DNA of 64,000 nt from Podarcis tiliguerta (Eukaryota): the NCBI GenBank assembly GCA_965153285.1, contig OZ229123.1; one strand, written 5' to 3'. Below the pieces are notes generated by a model. It made no database searches. It was not told the DNA's origin and saw nothing but the letters and a program-made list of their open reading frames with translations. This document shows positions 39,189-52,330 of the stretch, one piece after another. Position 1 is the first letter of the stretch. Each line of letters starts with the position of its first letter. The translations under genes and the position numbers were made by a program.

Positions 39189-39544
39189 AAGGTAAAGGTA
39201 AAGGGACCCCTGACCATTAGGTCCAGTCGTGACCGACTCTGGGGTTGCAGCACTCATCTCGCTTTATTGGCCAAGGGAGCCGGCGTACAGCTTCCAGGTC
39301 ATGTGGCCAGCATGACTAAGCCGCTTCTGGCGAACCAGAGCAGTGCATGGAAATGCCGTTTACCTTCCCGCCGGAGCGGTACCTATTTATCTACTTGCAC
39401 TTTGACGTGCTTTCGAACTGCTAGGTTGGCAGGAGCAGGGACCGAGCAATGGGAGCTCACCCTGTCACGGGGATTCGAACCGCTGACCTTCTGATTGGCA
39501 AGTCCTAGGCTCTGTGGTTTAACCCACAGCGCCACCCGCATCCC
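39189..39544 (-). mobile_element. Sauria SINE
   Basis: Full length; TSD TAAAAAATGCTTA (39176-39188, 39545-39557). Confidence 0.94.
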
Positions 39545-40399
39545 TAAAAAATGCTTAGTTGGAATATAATTGTGAATTTGCTTGACACAGGGTCCTTTGT
39601 GGAAGGAGAGGCAGGCATGGGTGAACCATAGCCAACGCCCAAAATAAGCCATTGTTGATTTATGCAAATGCTAAATTATGTAAGTGCTGGTGTGTTTTCA
39701 GAAGGAGTGGTGCAAGATGGGGGTTGGCCCAAATAGCCTGAAAGAAACAGCAGCCCTAAAGGCAATCAAAGCAAGCCATAAGAACCATCACTCCATACTT
39801 CTTCTGGAAGGCTGCTCCTTTGTACTGCCACATGGGCTTAGCTGCTGCTCTGAAGTCTCCCTTTGGCCTGAGCTTCCTCTGGCTCGGACGGTTTTAACTC
39901 AAACGGTGCTGTAAATCAAAGCGCTTCCTCCATCCACAATTCCTCCCACATGGTTGATTGCAATCGGTTCCGCTGCTATCTGTACAAGGCTGCATAAGAC
40001 TGCCTATAAAAACAACTAATTGCTGATCTGCTTAATTGAACTTTTTGTTGTCACATTTACAAAGATAAATGGAATAATCAGCTTTGGACTAATGAGAGAT
40101 AATCAGATTATGCAGAATGATAAATAAAGACAGATCACCAGTCTACTGTGGGGTGGTTGAAGTCTTAATGGAGATGCGGACGGCAACATTTTGTGCTACC
40201 CCTCTATCCCCTAGAACCCACCCCTCTTTTTAATAAGGGTAGGTTCCATTTTGGCCAGGGGGGACCCTCTAGCCCAGCTGCCTGGTTCTTACCACAATGA
40301 CCAACCAGATGCTACAGTGGGAAACCCACAAAGTAGGGCTGGAGCACAATAGCCTTTGGCAAACTGCCCTGGACCACGGAGGCTCCATACAGCCAGCAT

Positions 40400-40700
40400 C
40401 CTTAGAATGCAAGAACAGCCTGCTGCATCAGACCAGTGGGCCATGTAGTCCAGCATCCATTGACAGTGGCCCATCAGATGCCTGTGGGAGCCACACAAGA
40501 GGACCTGAGCACAAGAACACTCTCTCCTCTTGCAGTCTCCAGCAACTGGGATTCAGAAGCGCTACTGCCTCTGACTGTGGAGGAAGAGAACAGCCATCAT
40601 GGTTAGAAGGCTTTGGGAGCCTTCTCCTCCATGAATTTGTCTAATACTCTTTTAAAGCCATTGAAATTGGTGCCCATGACTGCCTCCTGTAGGAATGAGT
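40400..40700 (-). mobile_element. CR1-type 3' tail fragment
   Basis: Reverse complement of the tail type at 5900-6105; probably continues at ~41620-41750 after nested inserts. Confidence 0.7.
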
Positions 40701-40707
40701 TTAACTA

Positions 40708-40967
40708 CAGTCATACCTCAGGTTGAATGTGCTTCAGGTTGAGCACTTTTGGGTTGCCCTTCACGGCAACCCGGAAGTAATGGAGCGTGTTACATCCTGG
40801 TTTCGCCACTCACACATGCGCAGACGCTCAAAATGACATAACGCTCATGCGCAGAAGTGGCAAAACACGACCCACGCACACGCAGATGCGTCATCACATC
40901 TTACATTCCATTCAGGATGCGAACAGGGCTCCGGAATGGATCCCGTTCGCATCCCAAGGTACCAATG
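40708..40967. mobile_element. Tc1/mariner MITE, second family
   Basis: CAGTCATACCTC...AAGGTACCAATG with TA TSD; inverted relative to 7120-7371. Confidence 0.85.
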
Positions 40968-41321
40968 TACTCATTCCTTTCTATTATCTGTCCAAATCAG
41001 GGGTTAGGCATTGGAATATGTTTGTGTATTGGAGGGCAGGGTGTGGCCATCGCCTACCCCTCCACTTTATGGGTATTCCGGTAAAGGAATCTGGCAGTTG
41101 TGGATCCTGTCCAATGCCCTTGCTAGTGGCTAGGGCCATGGCGGTGACATCAGGGGGAGCTTTCAGTTGCATTTGCAACAACAGGCTCCTCCCACTGGTG
41201 GTTAACCCTTGTTAGACTCACCCCTCCCTGAGGGGGTGGAGTCACGCTCTGTTGCTTTATCCAATGCCTAAGCCAATACCTCTCACATGCTGTAATCAAT
41301 AAAGTTGATAATAAATCAAAT

Positions 41322-41611
41322 CAGGGGTCGGCAACCTAAGGCTCATGGGCCACAAACAGCCCACAGAGGTCGTTTTACCTTCCCACGAGCCACCCCCGAA
41401 CCGAGCTGCCCACTTGGTGAGCCCCCGCACGCAGTGCTGAACCGGCATAGCGTGGCACAGGGACTAACTGACTGGCGCCAGAAATCATGTCTGTGCAGAT
41501 GCAGATGCCAGAAATGGCAGGGACGCATGAGCGTGCACCCACGACCTGGCCCACAGAGGGGGCTCCGCGGCAGTGAACCGACCCAGGCAAGGTAAGCCTT
41601 GCCAAGCCCTG
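41322..41611. mobile_element. hAT MITE
   Basis: CAGGGGTCGGCAACCT ... TTGCCAAGCCCTG ends; partial 8-bp TSD AATCAAAT/GTCCAAAT. Confidence 0.7.
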
Positions 41612-43992
41612 GTCCAAATCTTCCAACATTCAGCTTCATTGGATGACTATGAGTTCTAGTGTTATGGGAGGAGAAAAACTCTATGCACATTCTTCATGCC
41701 ATGCATTGTTTTTACAAATGATCATGTCATCTCTTACTTGCCTTTTCCCAAAAGAAGTCTTCAAAATCTGCCCCCCCCCCCAAATAAATCCTGGCTATGC
41801 CCATGAATTCCAGGAGCCTTTGCAACAACCGTTGAGGCAGATGGTTGGTGTTTGAGAAAAGAGGTTTGGAGGGAGCGGTTGTGGTGGAGTTTGGCAGATA
41901 TTTGTGGATTTAGGGCAGAATTTGGCTTTTTAGATGGTGTTCCCCACTATAAATGATTTTGTTTTTTTTTATATATATAATTTTTTATTCAATTTTCAAA
42001 TAAAAAAAAAATACATCTTTTTTACATCCAATTTCTCTTTTTTGACTTCCCTCAACTTGACTGATACTCCTTCCCTTCTTAATTTCTTACACATTTCTGA
42101 AACCTCACCCATTGTTTGTAAATTAAATCTTGTTTCACTCATATTCTAGCATTTCTTTTTACAGAGCTTCATTAAAGCTTACAAGTGTTACTTGTTTTTC
42201 ACTTAAGTTATGCATATACTCTGTAAATGATTTTGCGTGGTACCTGGCAACGTAACCTCCACATAAGTGGGGAGGAGTCTGAATATTAGAGAAAACTGCT
42301 GGTTAATTTTCCCAGGGACTTTTAAAAATAAATAAATCATGAACTGATGTGGAAATGTGGAGAGGCAAGTCTGGAGAACTGAAAGGCATCCCACCTCTTA
42401 AAAGGAACCCATTTTCATTTAAAAGTTGCAGTTTTGTTGCTTAATATTCCATTGTTGATGGGCAGCTGTTTCGACTTACGAAGTCCTCTGATAATCTGAA
42501 AGTATTCCCCAAAGGACCTACTTTTCTAAGGGTGTTTTGATGACCTAAGCAAAAAAAAAAATCTAAGTACAGGAATCTTGATATACAGGAAATGAGGCCC
42601 GCGGCACATTATTTACAGTAAAAATTTCATCCCCATTTGCTCTGCTGGCTCATAATAACTTCATAAGTTGTCTTTCAGTTTGTAAAGTGCCCCTTTTAAC
42701 CTCCAGCTGCTTGATGACACCATCTGTGGTTTCCCATTAAATTAAATTAAGTGAAAATTCAATCAGGAGGGGAAAACGTTGCTCTTCTCACTTCTCCAGG
42801 AGGCTAGAGAAAAGACACTTCCAAGTGTTTGTTGTTGTTGTTTTAAAACAAAAACACACACACACACACACCTATGAACCATTTATAATTAAACCTCTTC
42901 AAGTCGACGTTTGTTTCTGACTCCCCCAGGGCCCTATTTATGGGACATGTTGTTATTTCTATGGTTTAGATAAGCTTTCGTTCTTATTAGCATATGTGGG
43001 TTTGCCTTTTCGGCATACTGTAATTAGCTGTTGCTGTGTTGACCTCAGAGCCCAAGAGACTCAAACAGTCACATTTGGGATATTGGCCTCTGTGAGGCCT
43101 CTGTTACCCTTGACTAAGGTGGCCTGTTCTTTTGTGAACAAATGAAGGCAATTCAGCATTAGTCGTGAGCTGCAGGATGCAGTCATTGACATTTGAAAAG
43201 CAGACATTGGCTGTGCAATCCTAGGCAGACCTACTCAGAAGTAAGTCCATTCTAGGGGAGTTCCTTCCAGATTAAGCTTTTCAGAGAGCAACGTTTATCG
43301 TCTGCCAGCCCTATGATGCATGCAAGGCTGGCAAGAAGGAGCCCTCCGCCCAGCTCATCCCACCCCCCACCCCACTGCTAAGCTCGCTTCTGGCTTCTCA
43401 CAAACCCTATTAGAAAATTCCCCCCACCAACGCTTCACAACAGGAAGCATAACACTTTGAGTTCAAGAGAATACCAGTAAACACATCTCAAGGGGAAACT
43501 TCAAATGGCCAAATTCAGGAAATATAGCCATCGTTATTACATTTGAGATGGCATTTTGCCCTCCCCCTTCATCTAAATGCATCTAAGGGCAGAATGTGCC
43601 CTCCTCTTTCTTCCTCAGCGCCTTCCAGACCTCCTGGCCCAGGCATGGCCAGCATCCTGCCCAGGCTCCCCAAAACAGAAGGTCTCAAACATTTCTTATC
43701 GTAGGGTTGGAAGACACTTCAGAGGTCATCTAATCCAAGTCCAAGCAGGGTCCAAGCACAAGAGCACTCTCCCTTTGTGTGGCTTCCAGCATCTGGTGGT
43801 CAGAAGCATGGTGGCCTCCATCTGTGGAGGCAGAGTAGAGCCATTGTGGCTGGTAGCCATTGATGGCCCTTTCCCACTCAAATAAAAAGTTACTAAAAGT
43901 GCTTCGCTTTCGCCAGAATGTGTGTCAGCTTCCTTCTTCCTTCCTTCTGCATCCATGTTAGCAATTTATTCTGAATACTACTACTAATAATA

Positions 43993-44234
43993 CAGTGGTA
44001 CCTCAGGTTACATATGCTTCAGGTTACATACACTTCAGGTTACAGACTCCACTGACCCAGAAATAGTGCTTCAGGTTAAGAACTTTGCTTCAGGATGAGA
44101 ACAGAAATCGTGCTCCGGCGGCGTGGTGGCAGCAGGAGGCCCCATTAGCTAAAGTGGTGCTTCAGGTTAAGAACAGTTTCAGGTTAAGAACGGACCTCCG
44201 GAACGAATTAAGTACTTAACCTGAGGTACCACTG
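43993..44234. mobile_element. Tc1/mariner MITE, 242-bp family (inverted)
   Basis: TIRs and TA TSD. Confidence 0.93.
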
Positions 44235-44270
44235 TATAAGAAATTTTATTTATATCCCGCCCTCCCCGGC

Positions 44271-44360
44271 CATAGCTGTCAACGTTTCCCTTTTCTTGCG
44301 AGGAATCCTATTCGGAATAAGGGAATTTCCCTTAAAAAGGGGGGAAAGTTGACAGCTATG
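44271..44360. mobile_element. 90-bp hAT MITE
   Basis: Same TIRs as 24818-25005; perfect 8-bp TSD TCCCCGGC (44263-44270, 44361-44368). Confidence 0.92.
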
Positions 44361-44661
44361 TCCCCGGCCAAGACCGGGCTCAGGGCAGCTAACATAAAGT
44401 ATATAATACATTAAAACATAAGATCAAACAATTGATTAAAATCAGATGACAACCCATCTAGTAAAGCCAGTAGCGTTTTGATTGTTCTTGCTTTCTGCAG
44501 AGAGCCATATGGTTGTGGCCAATGGATGGGCCATTGGTGACATAAAAAGGATTAGCGGCAGGTGATGGAAAGTCACCGAAGAGAACATGAAGTGCAAGAA
44601 CACCAAACTGAAGGGAGCCCTGGCACCTCCAATTTATGTACTTTGCACCTAGGTGGGTAGT

Positions 44662-45048
44662 TAAAAGGTAAAAAGGTAAAGGACCCCTGGACGGTTAAGT
44701 CCAGTCAAGGTGACTGTGAGGTTGCAGCGCTCATCTCGCTTTCAGGCCAGGAGAGCCAGCATTTGTCCACAGACAGCTTTCTGGGTCATGTGGCCAGCAT
44801 GACTAAACCACTTCTGGTGCAATGGAACACTGTGACGTAAGTCAGAGCACATGGAAATGCCGTTTACCTTCCCACCACAGTGATACCTATTTATCTACTT
44901 GCACTGGTATGCTTTCAAACTGCTAGGTTGGCAGGAGCTGGGACAGAGCAACAGGAGGTCACCCCATCACGGGGATTCAAACCACCGACCTTCCGATCGG
45001 CAAGCCCAAGAGGCTCAGTGGTTTAGACCACAGCGCCACCCGAGTCCC
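44662..45048 (-). mobile_element. Sauria SINE (longer subfamily)
   Basis: TSD ACCTAGGTGGGTAG (44647-44660, 45050-45063). Confidence 0.92.
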
Positions 45049-47229
45049 TACCTAGGTGGGTAGCAGTAGCACATTAAGACCAAAGAAAGAGATTCTTCAA
45101 ATGCGGCACATGGATTCCTCTCCCAGGTTACAGACAGACAGCACACTTGTTCCCACACATACATGTGCACTATAGGTGGCCCCAGGAAATGGCCATATGG
45201 AGGAAGTGGCCCTTGGCTTGAAGGGAAACTGCATCCCCCCTCCTTTGACCCCCCCCAACCCCCATATTTAGGACCATCTGCAATGCTAGGCTCTCAGCTC
45301 TCCATGGCAAAGATGGTGAGGTCGAGGGCAAACGGCAGCCTCCACAGGGATGCGCAGCTGTGGGTGACCTTTTAGCTTGAAAATGGCCACTCAGAGTGGT
45401 AATGCGAGAGCGAGGAGTCAGGCGATGGCCACTGGGAGGCCTGCCATGCTGACTCCATGCTGAGAGTGCAAGGGGGCATTCAGGGAAGCCCCATCCGCTA
45501 TGGCACACAGAGGAGGAAACATGAAACTGGATACATTCCCACTGAGGCAACATTTCTGCACATTTCTTCTTAAAAGCCCCATTGTCACCTGATCCCACAG
45601 CAAGGGTTGAATTTGGAGAAAGCGGAGAAAGGGGGTTATTTAGGCGATGTGGCTTTTCTACCTCAGCAGCACAAAATGACTTTGTGTGTCAATCGGGCTC
45701 ATGGACTAGGCCTCAGGTGGCCAAAGACATCCTGGACAGAGTTGGGTTGAGCCACAGAAAATAATACATAGCCTTGGAATTGCTACTCTCCAGACAGCAG
45801 GTCCTTTGTGATGAGCTTCTGAAGGCTTTAAGAGGGAAGCACAAAGTCCCCAGCAGTTGATCACCTTGCTTTTGGCAAGAGTATTGAGCAGAAACAGCAG
45901 TGCTATGGGAATGGGGGGGGGGGGTGTTGAGGGTGGGTGTGGGCCTAACAGCAGATCAGTCATCATGAAAGAATCGTGTCCCTCAGTGTGTGCTCTTGCC
46001 TAGGCTGCCAGAATTAATTTAGGGGCTCTGGGGAATTTAATACCAAATCAGCAGGCAAGAATGCTAACTTTCAAAAAAGAATATGGAAACGCATCTTAAG
46101 AGTTCAAATGAAGCCCCTGAAGCACACCCACCCACCCTTTGCTTTTGGTGTTGCTGGAAGATTCTCACAATGCAACTGGGAAATTAAAAGTTGGTTCCCT
46201 GATCAGGTCCAGCTCTATTTAGTTCCTTGGGGAAATGAAGACATGTCTGCGGGTGCAAAATCATATTTACAGTACAGCTTAAAGTATGTAAAAGTCTTCC
46301 ATGTGTTTAGAGCTATGCCATGTGCATCCTTCAGATGGGAAAAGGGTAGTGATCATATCTGTGCCAACAGGACTGCTATCAAGTTAGTGCTGAAGATGAA
46401 AATATGGTGAAAATTTGCCACCAGCAGTTCCTTTATCATGCAGCTTTTTGATAAACCACTAGAAACTGGTTGCCAAGCAACATACTCAAAGGCATTGCTA
46501 TGTTTTGGTAAACCCATTCTTTCAAGATTAAGAAAGAAGTATTATGGTGTTTTAGCAATTACCGGCACTGTAATTAAGAAAAAAAGCAGGGAATGGGGGA
46601 CTGGCCTCTGTTTTATGGCAGAATCCTGCACTGTGGTTGATTTCCCCTTCCTTCATTGGGATCAGAACTGACAACTGAGTCCCAGGAAATCCCTGGTGGA
46701 GAGGAGGGCTAGGGGTGTGTGTGGGTGTGGGTGTGGGTGTAGGACTGTCCATACCCACAAAGCAATTGAAACTGGCCAGAGCAGTCACATGACTACTGGC
46801 TATAAATATGAACTCTCAGAAGCTGGCAACGGTCAAGCACAGATATTTGATGTTATTTCAATTTATGCTCCTTTTGCACTGATGTTTTGATGTACTTGGG
46901 TGTTTCCATATGTTTCCATGACGTCCTGTGCTTGCATGGGGAAGGGTGGTACAGAAATTCCTAAATATATAAAAAGAAATAATTGCCACCGCATGTTATC
47001 TATTAAATGCTATAACACAAAAATTCCATTGCATGTCAACATTCAAATATGGTCAAGTATTAAGAAGGAATATGTGGATCTTGCTTCCATCCTGGCTAGT
47101 ATCTGCAACAACACAACAAGTTGTGCCAGATTCACAGAAAGCTCCAGGTGTTCTATAGAGTTAGAAAAGGAGGTGGGATTTTCTCACCTAGGAAGGTTCC
47201 TGCCAGAAGCATCATGTAAGAGGCTCCTG

Positions 47230-47700
47230 GTGTTGTTGTTCAGTCATTTAGTCATGTCCAACTCTTTGTGACCCCATGGACCAGAGCACGCCAGACACTC
47301 CTGTCTTCCACTGCCTCCCACAGTTTGGTCAAACTCATGCTGGTAGCTTTGAGAACACTGTCCAAACATCTCGTCCTCTGTCGTCCCCTTCTCCCTGTGC
47401 CCTCCATTTTCCCAACATCAGGGTCTTTTCCAGGGAGTCTTCTCTTCTCATGAGGTGGCCAAAGTACTGGAGCCTCAGCTTCACGATCTGTCCTTCCAGT
47501 GAGCACTCAGGGCTGATTTCCTTCAGAATTGATAGGTTTGATCTTCTTGCAGTCCATGGGACTCTCAAGAGTCTCCTCCAGCACCATAATTCAAAAGCAT
47601 CAATTCTTCAGCGATCAGCCTTCTTTATGGTCCAGCTCTCACTTCCATACATCACTACTGGGAAAACCATAGCTTTAACTATATGGACCTTTGTTGGCAA
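47230..47700 (-). mobile_element. Bov-B (RTE clade) LINE 3' end
   Basis: Encodes RVPWTARRSNLSILKEISPECSLEGQIVKLRLQYFGHLMRREDSLEKTLMLGK, the characteristic Bov-B C-terminus; (CAA)n tail. Confidence 0.95.
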
Positions 47701-47707
47701 GGCTCCA

Positions 47708-47853
47708 GGTAGGTTTGCCATATTTTGAAGAGCAAAAAAGAGGACGCATTTACTGACTTCTACTTTTAACTATGAATCGCTATGACAACTCTCATTTCAC
47801 ATACCCATGAAAAAGAGGACATGTCCTGGAAAAAACAGACATCTGGCAACCCT
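47708..47853. mobile_element. hAT (Tip100-like) MITE
   Basis: TAGG(T)TTGCCA ... TGGCAACCCTA ends; repeated aaagaggac subterminal motifs; no clear TSD. Confidence 0.6.
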
Positions 47854-48861
47854 AGGCAGCTTCTGACCTGCTTGGCCCCTTCCCGCCACCAAATTATTGC
47901 CAAAACCATCTGGCATGTCAGGAGCTGCCTAGGGTTGCTACAGGACTTGGAGGACCATCTCTGGTGCTACAGGACTTGGAGGACCATCTCTGGTGAACGC
48001 CATCTCTCCCCGCCCCATGTTTGCCCAGGTTACATGAAAATACTTGCACAGCATGAAAAAGGCATTTGATCTCTCTTAAGGTTGAGCTTTTTATTTATTT
48101 TTTACAAGTATCCTGTGTGTTGTGGGTCCAAGAAGCTAAGGAGACTGTAATGGGATTCATTCAAAAGTCTCTCTGCTCTGAGGCTGATTAAGCTCTTTGC
48201 CTTCCTGAGAAATGCTTTGAAAATTCAAACAGACCTGAATCCAATTTCTGCCAATACAGCACAGAGAGGCTACTTCACAATTCAAGTAGTCAGGTATTGA
48301 CTCCTGGCAATCTATATCTGCATTCGAATGGTGAGCTTTGGATTAATGGGGAGCTAAAAGCCCAGCAGAGCCGCTCTCTCTGCTGCCAGCCAGCCTGTAA
48401 TTGCAGCCTGGATTTCGCCAGCCACAAAGGGCAAAATGAATGTGATCATCCCAGTAGTCAATGGGACATTGATTTTTTTTCCCCCACTCTACAATTTCTA
48501 CAAATATTGAAGCTCATTTTTAAAGCAAGGTGCATTATTTATCTGTATTTCTCAAAAACAGCTGCCAAAAAAACTGACCTTGCTGTGATTCAGTGTGTGC
48601 GATTATGCAAATAATGGAGGAAAGACATTGGAATCCTGACAGGCCACCTGAAAGCCACACCCCCTTGTTGCTCTTCTGTGCCTCACTGTTTGGTAAAGAG
48701 ACTAGAAAGGAAATGGTGACATCACCTTGGACAATGCTAGGAGTTTGTGTTGACTTTCATCCATCACCGAAGGTGCAGAATTTGTACCCTATTTTTACAA
48801 ACATGTTTGAATAAATGATATTTTTCTTGTGTTGTTTTCCCCAAATTCATTTCAGTTCTAG

Positions 48862-48888
48862 AAGAGAGAGAGAGAGAGAGAGAGAGAG
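48862..48888 (+). repeat. (AG)n microsatellite
   Basis: Direct reading. Confidence 0.95.
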
Positions 48889-49959
48889 CGCTTTGACATA
48901 TAATATTCAATCAGCATCATTGTTATTATAGATGCCATTTTGCTAGCCTGAGTTTACATTAGATTGATGTCTGCATCAGGCCAGGACCTGATGTAAAAGG
49001 GGCTGGGTTGTGCAGTCAAAGTTCTTTAGTACTTAGCAAGGATCAATATGGGTTTGTTAAGAACCCGATTTCTTCTACATTTATGTTAATAATAAGAATG
49101 AAAATGCCGATTTTGGGAAAAAAGGAATATCAATCAATGGGAAGGTGGGCCATGCAGAAGGCCCCACACAAATTAAGCGGGCAGCAGGAGGCTCTACCTT
49201 CTGGCTATCTGACTGGAAAGGGGTTCCCTGCCTCTGGCTGGCAAGGTAAATCATGGAAGGCCAATGAATCCCTTTGCTGTCCAGGTAAAAAGAGTGGACT
49301 AAGCTGGTGAACTTTTACCCTCCTCCACCCAAGCTCCTGCCAAAGCAAAGTACAGATTTTTAAAAATCCAATAGCCAGTGTGGGGCAGTGGTTAGAGTGT
49401 TGGACTAGGACCTGAGGGACCAGAGTTCAAATCCTCAAGAGCAAGACAACCCCCTTCCGCATTAATATCATTAATATCATTAACAAATCTGAACACTGTG
49501 TTGCTCAAAGTGGCCCAGAGCTTGTCCCTTCCCCTGCGGCTTTATGGTTCCACAGCTTCCCCAAGCTCACCTCACCTTCCCTTCACTTCCTGGCTTGCTG
49601 CCCAATCTCTCTCCCTGCCTCCCACAATCAGACTGCAGAGGCAGTATGATATATACAAGCTGCCCTGAGTCTATAGAGTGGTGGATTCATGTTAATAAAT
49701 TGATTTAATTCAACCTGACCTATCTATTCATATTAGTCCTCTGGGGAAAGAGGAAATAAGCCAGCAGAATTAGACAGCAAAGCTTGTACCATGATGTATT
49801 TCCAAACCTCCTTTTTCATGGAGATCATTCTCCCTTGCTCAGGTCCCACCAGTCTGAAGTGGGGGCTACTTTATTGCTCGGCAATTATTTCAGTCAGCTG
49901 TATGTCAATTCATGGGGGAGTTGTAAACATGGAAATAGATATGAGAGGAGGGGTGGCTC

Positions 49960-51270
49960 AGTCTAATGGCTGCTGGTGATGGGAACAGTGACTGTAGTGC
50001 TATCAGATTCAACATATGTGTAATGGACAGTTGCAAACAAAATAATAATAATTCAGCACCATCATGTTTAACTTCAAGAGAGGAAACTTCTGCAAAATGG
50101 AGGAGGCTGGTAAAAAGGAAGTTGAATGGCAAAGTCTCCCAAATGCTTCGGTGTTGTTTTAAAACACGGCAATAGAAGCTCATCTGAAGTGTATACCTCA
50201 GATCAGGAAAAGTATCAGCAGGACCAAGCGAAGGCCTGTGTGGTTACCAAGCAGCATCGCAGCAGCTAATTGGAGGCAAGAAGGCTTCATTGAGAAAATG
50301 AAAGTCTTGTCCAAATGAGGAAAACAAAAGGAGCACAAACTTTGGCAAAATGCAAGAAGACAATAAGAGGTACTAAAAAAGAATTTGAGAAGTACCGGTA
50401 TATCAGGACCTGTGCGTTGAAACTTTAGAACTAAGGATGAACACTGAGGGAGCTGAGTTTGCGGATGATACCAAATTGTTCAGGGTAGTTAAAACAATAA
50501 CAGATTACAAAGAACTGCCAAAATAGCTCTCCAAACCAGGGGAAGAGGCAGTAAAAGTGCACATGCAATTCAATGTAAGCAAATGTAAAGTGATGTACAT
50601 CAGGGCAAAAAAAAAACCACCACCCTTAATTTTCTGGTCATTCACTCTGGTGAATGACCAGGAATAAGACCTTGGTATCATAGTGGATAGCTAGATGTAG
50701 ATGTCAACTCAGTGTGCAGCAGCTGTGAAAAGGGCAAATTCCATGCTGGGGTTCATTAAGAAAGGGATTGAAAATAAAACTGTCCATCTCCATAAGGCCA
50801 TTACACAAATTTATGGTGCAACTGGGCTTGGAATCCTATGTACAGTTCAAAATATATTGTAGAGTTGGGTGTGAAGCAAACTGTGGTGTGGAGAAAATGG
50901 ATAGAGAAAAAGTTTTCTGCCTTTCTTGTATCATTAGAACTTATGGACTCCAATAAAGCTGAATATTGAAAAATTCAGGCCAGACAGAAGAAAGCACTTC
51001 TTCACACAGTGTGCAGTTGAACTGTGGAGCTCACTTCCCCAAGAGGCAGTGATGGCCATCAACTTGGAAGGCTTTAAAAGAAGATTAGAGCACAGTGGAG
51101 TCTATGCTCTGACTGCACTGTCAGAGGCAGTATGCTTCCATGTATCAGCTGCTGAGGCACACAAGTAATGAGAGATGCTCAGGTCCTGTTTGTGGGCTTC
51201 CTATAGGCATCTGGTTGGCCACCATGAGAAGAGGACGCTGGGCCAGATGGACCACTGATCAGATCTGGCC
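49960..51270 (+). mobile_element. degraded CR1 LINE with large internal deletion
   Basis: Endonuclease-linker remnant joined to FADDTKLF RT motif (~50458), KFRPDRRKHFFTQ, then 3' tail. Confidence 0.85.
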
Positions 51271-51939
51271 TGATCTTCTTAGGGAAACATAACACAAACT
51301 CCTGCCACCGCATAGATTCTGAGGGGGTCCAAATTGACTGTGTCTGCCCAAGACAAAGATCTTGCCTGGAGCCAAGACCCCGTGGTGGCCCTTGGAGTTG
51401 CCTCCCCTGGTGGGTTATTGCCTGGAGGGTTATTGTGTTGGTTGGTTCTTTTACTTATGACACTTCACAGTCTGTTTTTCAGTCCCAAAGGAATGCTGGC
51501 AGGAGGAGCAATGCCATGAGAGGGAAGTCTGCTGTCTGCTGCTGAGCATAAGCTGGCAGCCCACCAGGGCAAGGCTGAGACTCTCTGAACCTTTGGCCCA
51601 GGCCCAGTTCCAAACTTGCTAGGCTCTGCTGATCTCATTTCAAGGTGAGCAATTGCCCTGGGTCCTCCTGCAGATGGCCTGCTGACTATTCATCCGTCCC
51701 CAGGCAGCTTGAAACTGGCTGCTTCTCTACCCATTTTGGAGCCAACAAACATTTCGTATTGATTTATTGATCCCTGCCTGCTGTAGGAGCTCAGAACCAG
51801 CTCTTGCAGCCTCCAGCCTAGATGTGTCCCTTCCTTGCTACCTAAGTATTATTGCAGTTTGTGGTAAAGCAACAATTAGACCATGATGGGGTCCATTGTG
51901 AAAGGCTGGACGTATGTGCCTCCAAAGATACAGTGGCTC

Positions 51940-52075
51940 TTTTCTTCCTCTGTCGCCTCATGACTTGCACAAACATTCTCTTGCTTTCCGATTCTACTGC
52001 ACCACTGAAGATTAAATCCAGAGTTTCCCCTGCACTGGTCAGTTCCCTGACCCACTGCTGTAGGGCACAGCCATT
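51940..52075 (-). mobile_element. CR1 endonuclease fragment
   Basis: Minus-strand LQQWVRELT..ETLDLIFSG motif. Confidence 0.55.
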
Positions 52076-52185
52076 CCTTCTTCTGTGTACAAGGCAAAAC
52101 TGACAATTGCTGCAAGTGATTCCATGTAGGATGTGAGGCACCCATGGAATGGACTTGGACAGATCTGCATCAAACCCACTGGTGA

Positions 52186-52330
52186 CACTGGAGCCAACTC
52201 CAGGGGGCCATGGGTGCTTCGGCACCCACAATAATATATTTGTGGGGCTGGACCCCCACAAAGTCAATGGGCAAAGTCGAAGCCCTTCATTGCAGGCACC
52301 CACAATCTTTGGCACGAGATAACACCTATG
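52186..52330. mobile_element. hAT MITE
   Basis: Perfect 8-bp TSD ACTGGTGA (52178-52185, 52331-52338); degenerate TIRs. Confidence 0.7.
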
